From Bacteroidales bacterium (GTDB lineage: Bacteria; Bacteroidota; Bacteroidia; Bacteroidales; Prolixibacteraceae), in contig JBBQHB010000005.1 of assembly GCA_038323575.1 (NCBI GenBank), positions 13,311-77,310 on the forward strand: 64,000 nucleotides of DNA, given 5' to 3'. The notes under the pieces were generated by a model that was not told where the DNA came from, did no database searches, and saw only the letters and a list, made by a program, of their open reading frames with translations. Positions 28,856 through 36,213 of this stretch are shown here, piece after piece. The position numbers were made by a program, and so were the translations under genes. Numbering within the stretch: the first letter of the stretch is position 1; each line of letters opens with the position of its first letter.

Positions 28856-31800
28856 GAAGAATACTTTTCAGAATTTCGGAATAATTGTTTTTGGCCAGCA
28901 TCATGATTTGCAGGGCAATTTCCTTGTTTTTCGCTTTCAGGCTTTGAATTCCGGTCATTCTTATACGTTGTTCTATCTTCCCGGTGACTCTCCGTTTTTC
29001 ATCGTTTTTCTCCCAGAAATTGCCGATTTGAATGCCTTCTGTGATGTATTTAAAGACAAATCCGGTCAGCTCAATCAAATTTTTTTCTGATTGTTCGGTC
29101 TGTTCTTCCTCCATCCCATCAACCAGCAAATCTAAAAAAGGTGCCTGCAAGGCGGGAACCTTTGAAACTGTGCGTCCCTTGCCTATCTCACCCCTTAGCT
29201 CTTCCATCTCCCTGATCATGAGATCCCAATTCCCCTGGTAGCCGGAGATGATGGTATCTAACCTGTCTTTGAAATGGCGGTACAAAGAGGGATCGTGGTT
29301 TTCCAGGTTTACCTTTATCTGTTGCCTTATCGCATGTTCCATGGCCGAGGCCTTTGATTTGGAGCCTCTGTACATGTTTTCCATTTTTTTCGGAAAATCA
29401 TCTGATATGATCGATACTTCCGACACCCTTTGCGCTATACCTAAATGGATCAAGTATTTATCAATCAGATTTCTGACTTTGGCGCTCGCCCATTTCAAAT
29501 CAAGCGTGTCATCTTTGTAATGATAGCGGATGCGCCACATCAAATAACCGATGCGTTTGGCCGGAACCCAATGTTCACGCTGTACTGAAGGGACGTTGAA
29601 GAGCAAATCCAACCGGTCGAAGTAGTTTTTGATCAAGGTATCGAATTCGGCCCTTAGCTTCAGATTTCCGGCCATATCAATTACCGCTTCCACGATTTGG
29701 AACTCTGCACGGCCGTCCGGGATTACCTGATGCAGGAGTGCATCCATTTGAGCTATGTTTTGTTCTTCGAAAAACTGTACAATTTTCCGGTAACGCAATT
29801 CCAATTCGGGTATTTCCTTGTTGATGTCTTTGAAGTATTCGCCAAATTCGGCTAATTCGCTCTTGCACTCTTCAGCATCTTTATCTGTATAAATACCCAA
29901 CGCCCGATTCAGGTTTTTAGTGATGCCAAAATAGTCGACCACCAAACCATGGGTCTTGCCCTTCTTGGTACGGTTTACCCTTGCTATGGCCTGGAGTAAA
30001 TCATGTTCCCTTAAATTTTTATCCATGTAAAGAACTTGTGCAATCGGCGCATCAAAGCCTGTCATCAGACGGTCGCAAATGCACAAAATGCCAATCCCAT
30101 TCTCTGATTTGGATGGATCATGGGTATTGAAATCCTTCTTGAATGAATCGGTAATATTTTTACCGGCACCTTCTTTCCTGGCTTCGGTGATGTAACCTGG
30201 TTCGTTGTTCGACTGCGACGATATGACCGCCCGCACTTTCAATATCTTCAATCGCTTGATCAAATCCTCATTTCTGGCTTCTCCTTCTTTGGCTTCTTCC
30301 ACTGCCAGAAATTCAGGTATCAGCCTTTCCAATTCTATTTTATAACGGATTGCTGCCACGATGGATGATACTGCAACCATGGCTTTAAATCCGTTGGAAA
30401 GTACTTCTGAAACATAGTGCGTCATGATATCCAGGGCAATGGGCTGCACCCGATTCTTGCTTTCCAGATATTCTATCATGCCACCGTAGCGCCGCTGAAT
30501 CTCCTGGCGTTCCTCTTCGGTACGATGTTTGAATATCTCTTCGTATTCAAGATCAAAAACCTCTTTGTCAGATATTTCGTCCGAGGTGCTTTTACCGATG
30601 TATTTGAGGTCAACCGTTGCCCTGTCGGCAACAGAATCATTCATTTTATAAGTGTCTATGTACTCGCCGGGCAACTGACAGAATCGTTCTGCGGTTGTAA
30701 TTTTGTGACGGGGTGTAATCAGGGGCGTTCCGGTGAATCCGATCCGGGTTGCCTCCGGGAAAGCCATGAACAGGTTATTGCTCATATCGCCATTTTGCGA
30801 ACGGTGGGCTTCGTCAATCAGTATCAGCACTTTCTCGCTTTTGTTGATCTCCCCGAAACTTTCATATTTCGGAACAATACCCAAACGGAACAACGCTTCT
30901 GCAGATGCCTCCTGGTTGATCCCGAATTTGTGCAGCATCACGATGTTCAGGTCGGCTGTATCGTCGCTGAGTTCTGCCAAAACCTTTTCCTCTTTGCCTG
31001 CGGGTGCCCTGCCTGTCTTTTTTGAAACGGTCCAGACCTTCTCTCCGGCCAGATGGGCCGTCTCTTCCAACTGATCTTCCAGATCGATGCGGTCGACCAC
31101 CATCAATATTTTGTAATTCTTCAGATCAAAAGTGGTCCGCATTTTTTTGATCAGGAAGACCATGGTCAGGCTTTTCCCGCTTCCCTGCGTATGCCAGATC
31201 ACGCCGCTTCGCTCTTGCCAGGATTGCCCTACAAGGAGCCTGTCAATCATTTTGCCGACAGCGCGGTATTGCTGGTAGCGGCAGATAATTTTCACCTCCA
31301 GTCCGGGTTTGGCTTCCGCGTACAAGGTGAAATTCCGCATGATGTCCAGCAATATCTCGTGGTTGAACATTCCCAAAATGATCACCTCCTGCCGCTTCCC
31401 GCCGGTTTGCGTCTCTACTGTTTTGTATTTTTCGGGGAAGATATCTGTCCAGTTGAAGAAGTAATCGAATTCGGCACGGATGGTCCCGAAGCGGGCTTCC
31501 GTCCCGTAAGTTATGACATTGAAGAGATTGGTGTAAAACAGCGATTCCTTCCCTTCCGTAACGGCATAAAAATCATCATCCCGTTGGTTGCTGTACCTTC
31601 GAATCTGGGTATAGGCATCACTCAATGGCTCTGCCACGTACATCTCCTTGCATTCTATTACCACCCAGGGCATTCCGTTGACAAAACAGACAATATCCGG
31701 TATGATGCAGGACTTGGCCGTGGTGGGGGTATCGACCCGAAACTGGTTCATGGCCACAAAACTATTGTTGCCGTAATGTTCGAAATCCACCAATTTCACC

Positions 31801-32132
31801 GTAGGATTTTCCTCTCCTGTCTGAATGTTTTTCCCGGGCAGAGGGATGCCTTTGCGCAACATTCTGTACACATCCTTGTTGGCCTCCAGCAATTTTTTGT
31901 TTCCCTGCAGCAGGATCCGGTCGAAACAATATTCCAGTTGCTCCGACGTGGCCCATGGATTTAACCTGCTTACTGATTCCAGGAATACACCCCTCAAAGC
32001 TACTTCGCTGAAAGTGGAGCGGTATGATTTGGAAGGATCCACCGGAATGCCTTGTCCCTGATCGATCACCTGCCAGTGTGCCTGTCGGAGTTTCTCCAGA
32101 AAAGGTTTTTCAACGTTGGTATATTCGGCCAT
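28845..32132 (-). CDS. hsdR: Type I restriction enzyme, R subunit
   Basis: 1095 aa. N-terminal PD-(D/E)XK nuclease motif (IPDIVCFVNGMPWVVIECK), SF2 helicase Walker A (TQGSGKS), DEAH box (LIDEAHRSQ) and a C-terminal helical domain. Confidence 0.95.
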   Translation of the reverse strand: MAEYTNVEKPFLEKLRQAHWQVIDQGQGIPVDPSKSYRSTFSEVALRGVFLESVSRLNPWATSEQLEYCFDRILLQGNKKLLEANKDVYRMLRKGIPLPGKNIQTGEENPTVKLVDFEHYGNNSFVAMNQFRVDTPTTAKSCIIPDIVCFVNGMPWVVIECKEMYVAEPLSDAYTQIRRYSNQRDDDFYAVTEGKESLFYTNLFNVITYGTEARFGTIRAEFDYFFNWTDIFPEKYKTVETQTGGKRQEVIILGMFNHEILLDIMRNFTLYAEAKPGLEVKIICRYQQYRAVGKMIDRLLVGQSWQERSGVIWHTQGSGKSLTMVFLIKKMRTTFDLKNYKILMVVDRIDLEDQLEETAHLAGEKVWTVSKKTGRAPAGKEEKVLAELSDDTADLNIVMLHKFGINQEASAEALFRLGIVPKYESFGEINKSEKVLILIDEAHRSQNGDMSNNLFMAFPEATRIGFTGTPLITPRHKITTAERFCQLPGEYIDTYKMNDSVADRATVDLKYIGKSTSDEISDKEVFDLEYEEIFKHRTEEERQEIQRRYGGMIEYLESKNRVQPIALDIMTHYVSEVLSNGFKAMVAVSSIVAAIRYKIELERLIPEFLAVEEAKEGEARNEDLIKRLKILKVRAVISSQSNNEPGYITEARKEGAGKNITDSFKKDFNTHDPSKSENGIGILCICDRLMTGFDAPIAQVLYMDKNLREHDLLQAIARVNRTKKGKTHGLVVDYFGITKNLNRALGIYTDKDAEECKSELAEFGEYFKDINKEIPELELRYRKIVQFFEEQNIAQMDALLHQVIPDGRAEFQIVEAVIDMAGNLKLRAEFDTLIKNYFDRLDLLFNVPSVQREHWVPAKRIGYLMWRIRYHYKDDTLDLKWASAKVRNLIDKYLIHLGIAQRVSEVSIISDDFPKKMENMYRGSKSKASAMEHAIRQQIKVNLENHDPSLYRHFKDRLDTIISGYQGNWDLMIREMEELRGEIGKGRTVSKVPALQAPFLDLLVDGMEEEQTEQSEKNLIELTGFVFKYITEGIQIGNFWEKNDEKRRVTGKIEQRIRMTGIQSLKAKNKEIALQIMMLAKNNYSEILKSILHAS

Positions 32133-32152
32133 GCTATTACCAAAAAATCAGA

Positions 32153-32860
32153 TTATACAACAATGAATTTAGTATAGAGAACGCCAATAACAATGGCAAG
32201 ACCAAAACTTACCAAGGTGCCAATCAGTACATATTCAGTGAGTTTGCGTTCTTTTGATTCTTTAAGATCACCGAAGCGGAAGATTGATTTTGCCGCGAAG
32301 AGGAACCCGATTGCTTCCCAGTGACCTGATAAAACAAAAGCAAAGACAAAAAGACGTTCGAGTATTCCAATGGTCTTACCTGCTTCCTGTAATGAGCCGT
32401 CATCCTCATCGATTGTATGCGGCGTCCATTTTGAGATATAAAACTTTACCGCGATTGATATGGGTGTAGTGAGTGCGTATGCCGCAGTAATAAAAACCAG
32501 TAAATGATCTGGTTTAATATTTCGTAACGGGGATTCACCGGCTGAATAAACAAGCCAAATAGCTGTAAGCAGTAAAAGATGGATAGCCTGATCAACAAAA
32601 AAGTACCACCGTCCGTTTTCTTTTATAGAATACAGTTTAACAACATCAATAACCAGGTGCGCCAAAGCAATTATTGCCGCCCACTTCCAGAAGGTGAAAT
32701 CAAATACCAGCAGCATGATAAGCGCAAAATGGATAAATGAGTGTAGGTAAAGTTGCCATGAACCCAGTTTATTTTTCTCTTTGGCTTTTACCCAACTGTC
32801 GGGTTGCAGTAGAAAGTCGCCCATCAGATGTGCCAAAACAAGTTTTATCAAGAGTATCAT
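32153..32860 (-). CDS. DUF3307-like (SatE-like) polytopic membrane protein
   Basis: 235 aa with about 6-7 hydrophobic helices carrying conserved-looking His/Asp (AHLMGDFLLQ, HSFIH, AHLVID, QAIH). ATGA overlap with the SatD-like gene at 32857-32860. Family named from memory of the recurrent SatD/DUF3307 pairing. Confidence 0.65.
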   Translation of the reverse strand: MILLIKLVLAHLMGDFLLQPDSWVKAKEKNKLGSWQLYLHSFIHFALIMLLVFDFTFWKWAAIIALAHLVIDVVKLYSIKENGRWYFFVDQAIHLLLLTAIWLVYSAGESPLRNIKPDHLLVFITAAYALTTPISIAVKFYISKWTPHTIDEDDGSLQEAGKTIGILERLFVFAFVLSGHWEAIGFLFAAKSIFRFGDLKESKERKLTEYVLIGTLVSFGLAIVIGVLYTKFIVV

Positions 32861-33471
32861 AACAATTGCATTATTTTTTTTTGATACAAATCATTCAGTT
32901 CTTTCAATTCATCATAATGTGCCCTCGCAAGGCGATTACTTACCGCATTTTGTCTGAGATTGCCCAGCATCTGCCCAAGTTCTTCCTGAGATAATTGGGG
33001 ATTGAATAATTTGAGATGGATTACTTCAGCAGATTTTAACGACCAGTTGTCCATGAAAATCATTCCGAGCCTAAGGCAAAGGTTCATTGTTGCATCAAAT
33101 TCCAACCATGGGGTTTTTATTGCCAGGGTAAGTTTTTCTTTTTTAAGAAGAGAGAATTTTTCACCCGAATTGATAAATGCCGGGCCATTGCTTTCGGTTA
33201 TCCTTTCGCCCTGGTAGGTAATGTCGCCAATGCCGATGGCCAGTCTCACATCGAGGGGTTTTACCATCTTGATGGCAGCTTTTAGCTTTATTGCAGCCAG
33301 AAGCGCTTTGAGCGGATCGTCGACCCGGAACTGGAATGTATCACCTTTATAGGTTTCCCAGGATACGGGGCTGTTACCATATAATTTCAGTTCTTCTTTC
33401 AGGAGTCCCAGCCAACTTTCGGGGGGTCTCCTGCGCGAATTAATTATATCGCCGGTTATTACACTTATCAT
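32857..33471 (-). CDS. SatD-family protein (cyclase-like N-terminal half plus C-terminal HTH)
   Basis: 204 aa. Motif series VITGDIINSR / KGDTFQF / RLAIGIGDI / GPAFINSGE, and a C-terminal SQEELGQMLGNLRQNAVSNRLARA helix-turn-helix-like segment. Family call is from memory and needs HMM confirmation. Confidence 0.65.
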   Translation of the reverse strand: MISVITGDIINSRRRPPESWLGLLKEELKLYGNSPVSWETYKGDTFQFRVDDPLKALLAAIKLKAAIKMVKPLDVRLAIGIGDITYQGERITESNGPAFINSGEKFSLLKKEKLTLAIKTPWLEFDATMNLCLRLGMIFMDNWSLKSAEVIHLKLFNPQLSQEELGQMLGNLRQNAVSNRLARAHYDELKELNDLYQKKIMQLL

Positions 33472-33490
33472 CTCATTCGATTTATTATCT

Positions 33491-33560
33491 CAAAGATATC
33501 ATTTAATAACGTGATAAACTGAAATATCACCTAAATACGTGATAAATTAAATTATCACGT
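33491..33560 (-). promoter_or_regulatory. Putative internal promoter and operator region upstream of the SatD-like gene
   Basis: On the minus strand, TATCTTTG (33498-33491) matches the Bacteroidota -7 consensus TAnnTTTG, 19 nt before the ATG. The motif ACGTGATAA occurs at 33509-33517 and 33537-33545, and inverted (TTATCACGT) at 33552-33560. Together these give the palindrome ACGTGATAA-N6-TTATCACGT. Confidence 0.4.
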
Positions 33561-34718
33561 TATTGTGCCTGGTGCCAGTTCATTCGTCAGCAGAACCATT
33601 TCTAAGGATTTCTCCCCTCCCAACAAATCCCCCATCAACCCCCGCTTAATCGATTGGTATTTTTGGAGAAGGGTTTCTTCGGCATTCATTTTATTATCAA
33701 GGGCTAATAGCCGATTCCCGATTTCTTTCTGTTCGTTGTGGTGTGGTTTTGTAATGAATAAACGCAATATTTTAGCAACAGCCAATCCTGGTTGAGCTGA
33801 TGCCTCAGAATATTGGTTAAGGTTCATGTAATCAAGTTTTTGAGAAAGCCAGTCAACATTAATATCTTTATTTACAGTTACAACTACAGCATGTTCTGAT
33901 GCAAAGAAATTACCCGAAACTCGGGTGATATTTCCACACAAAGCACCTTGCCTGCCAATAAGCACAAAATCACCTTCATGGGTATAAGTTGTAGTAAATC
34001 CTCTCAATCCATTTCCTCCAAAAACAGGGAATTCTCCGCTATCTGCAATAAATTTAGATGTGATACCCTCTCCACTTTTCATGGTTGAAATCTCTCCTAG
34101 TCTCTTCACCTCCCACTCCTTCGGTATCATCCCCAACTCCGAGGTTTTGTAAAGTTCCGGCGCTTCCTCGTGGCGGGGACGCAGGCGGCCGTTGGCATCC
34201 AGTCCGCGGGTAAACAAATCGTGCAGGAGCCCTTGTTTGATGGCTTTGTATTTGGCGATGGCGGATTGAGTTTGGGAGATAACGGAGTCGCAAGTGGTGA
34301 GGATATGGGCGATTTTTTGCTGCGAAGATTTCTCTGTTGGAATCTTTAACCTAATTTTCTCGATAATTCCACCAGTTATGACAGGCTGTGCACTCTGAAA
34401 AGCATAATCTCTTAAATTTAGATTAGAAAGTACATAATACCAAAATTTAGAATCTTGATTACTATTGAGAAAGGATACAACTAAAGCATTATCAGTAATC
34501 CAACTCTTAACTTGTGTAATATGCACATTACCACAGAGAGCACCAACTCTACCAATAATTAATCTGCTTTCATCAAATAAAAAATGATTATGAAATCCAG
34601 TAATTCCATTCCCTCCATAAACTGGGAATTGTCCAGGTTTCATTTTTGAGTCAGGCAATCCTTCTCCGCTTGAAACTTTAATGAATTCATTCAACCTCAC
34701 TTCCCTCCACTCACTCAT
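33555..34718 (-). CDS. hsdS: Type I restriction-modification specificity subunit
   Basis: Start at ATG 34718 (MSEWREVRLNEF). Two target-recognition halves, each beginning with GxxPVYGGNG/FPVFGGNG and each followed by a conserved helical spacer (IKQGLLHDLFTRG; IKRGLMGDLLGG). Confidence 0.9.
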   Translation of the reverse strand: MSEWREVRLNEFIKVSSGEGLPDSKMKPGQFPVYGGNGITGFHNHFLFDESRLIIGRVGALCGNVHITQVKSWITDNALVVSFLNSNQDSKFWYYVLSNLNLRDYAFQSAQPVITGGIIEKIRLKIPTEKSSQQKIAHILTTCDSVISQTQSAIAKYKAIKQGLLHDLFTRGLDANGRLRPRHEEAPELYKTSELGMIPKEWEVKRLGEISTMKSGEGITSKFIADSGEFPVFGGNGLRGFTTTYTHEGDFVLIGRQGALCGNITRVSGNFFASEHAVVVTVNKDINVDWLSQKLDYMNLNQYSEASAQPGLAVAKILRLFITKPHHNEQKEIGNRLLALDNKMNAEETLLQKYQSIKRGLMGDLLGGEKSLEMVLLTNELAPGTIT

Positions 34719-35247
34719 CCCCCAACTCCTTCCTTTTCTTTTTCGTTGCGGCAATTTGGCGAATCGACTTGGCATTGAGTGGAGTAACCACTTTTTGTCC
34801 GGTACTTGCTTCTAATTGCTGACGCGCCACGCGGGCCACATCGCCCCCTTTGCGGGCAGCAACGGCGCTTTCACCGAAAGTTTGCGGATCGGTAGCCACA
34901 GAAATATCTTTGGTGGAGGCTTCTGCCAGCCAAAGTTTAAATGGCTCGGCTTTGGGAGATGGAATGGATTGGATGAGTCGGAAAAGTTGCTCACTATCAG
35001 CCACATCCGTTAAATATACTTTCCCGTCGGAAGAGGGCATTTTCAGTTGACTACAATTTGTAGTCAACTGACTGCCTTCTTTCTTCAAGCGATTTTTGAG
35101 TACACTCCAATATTTCCGCGGGTTCGGACTGTCAGTCAGTACCGCCACCACATCCACAACAGAGAAATACCATTTCTCCTGCCCGTCGTCCCATACCGTG
35201 CGGACTTTTTTATCCCCGAATATTTTTAGCGCATTTTGCTTTGTCAT
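34711..35247 (-). CDS. Bro-N domain protein (antirepressor-like DNA-binding protein)
   Basis: 178 aa. FGDKKVRTVWDDGQEKWYFSVVDVVAVLTDS...KAEPFKLWLA is a typical BRO N-terminal domain. Its stop overlaps the hsdS start by 8 nt (ATGAGTGA). Confidence 0.7.
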   Translation of the reverse strand: MTKQNALKIFGDKKVRTVWDDGQEKWYFSVVDVVAVLTDSPNPRKYWSVLKNRLKKEGSQLTTNCSQLKMPSSDGKVYLTDVADSEQLFRLIQSIPSPKAEPFKLWLAEASTKDISVATDPQTFGESAVAARKGGDVARVARQQLEASTGQKVVTPLNAKSIRQIAATKKKRKELGDE

Positions 35248-35342
35248 AATTGGCTTCTCCTCTAATTAGCTGATTACCACAATTTATCATCTCTTTAAAC
35301 TCACCTTCCCGGTTCGATCCAATTTCTTAGACGTTGCAAGTA

Positions 35343-36200
35343 TTATTCAGTTGCATCATTGTTTAAACCCTTAAGTTTTTTACCGGCAATATTTCTGTCG
35401 GCTGTTTTCACTCTTCGTTCCAGTTTTTTAAGGTCTTCTTCGGGTGGTAAAACTTCTGGTTTTATCCCGCTTTTACCCAAAAGCAAACGAATGTCGGTAT
35501 TGTTTTTTACATGCTCGTTGGTGATTCGATTCTCACCTTTCAAATCGTTTTTCTTGACGTTGAAATTGGTAATTTCAGTTGCCAACTGCTTGGCGGTAAT
35601 GGTTATGGTGGGTAAAAAGTCGGCCAATGGCCGGTTCTCCGGAACACCCAACTTTCGTTTCATGGCGCTGGTGTTGTGACCTCCAAACAATGCCCAGTCG
35701 CCTTTGCTTCGGATATTTGCAAAACCTTTGTTATCAACACCCCTTTCATAAATATTTTTAGAGAGTTCGGTTTCGGTGGCTGCCAGTTTTTCCCTTGCCT
35801 GCAATCGTTCGTTTAACTGAATTCTTTCCTCAAGCAATTCCTGCTTCCGGGTTTGTATGGCAAAGTAACTTTGGGCAAAAGCAATCTGTTCTTTGCGTGG
35901 ATCTCCGTTTTGGGCAATAAGGTAACAGGCATAGCGGGTAAGCATGACGTCGTCAATTTGCTTACTTGCACCTTTGGGCATATCGATCGTTTTGTTGACG
36001 TCAACGAAATGATCGGAAACCGCTTCACCAGTGGTTTTGCAGCTTTCTTTGGCTTTATCAACAATATTCAAAAAGTTACGCCAATCGGCATATCCTAATA
36101 GGGTTTGCAATTCGCGGGCAAGCCAATATTCGATACCGTCTTGTTCGTATGCAAATTCTTCGAAACTGCGGTTTAACCTGGTAATTATTTCTTTATCCAT
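35343..36200 (-). CDS. dinD: DNA-damage-inducible protein D (DinD) homologue
   Basis: 285 aa, collinear with E. coli DinD as I recall it (YWLARELQTLLGY..., LTRYACYLIAQNGDP, QSYFAIQTRKQEL). Starts 13 nt after the hsdM stop. Confidence 0.8.
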   Translation of the reverse strand: MDKEIITRLNRSFEEFAYEQDGIEYWLARELQTLLGYADWRNFLNIVDKAKESCKTTGEAVSDHFVDVNKTIDMPKGASKQIDDVMLTRYACYLIAQNGDPRKEQIAFAQSYFAIQTRKQELLEERIQLNERLQAREKLAATETELSKNIYERGVDNKGFANIRSKGDWALFGGHNTSAMKRKLGVPENRPLADFLPTITITAKQLATEITNFNVKKNDLKGENRITNEHVKNNTDIRLLLGKSGIKPEVLPPEEDLKKLERRVKTADRNIAGKKLKGLNNDATE

Positions 36201-36213
36201 GGTCGATTATTTA

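Noticed and set aside
30417-31964. 202-, 113- and 303-aa plus-strand ORFs opposite hsdR.
   Set aside because: Shadow ORFs within a gene whose helicase and nuclease motifs are unambiguous on the minus strand. They have no motifs and an atypical composition.
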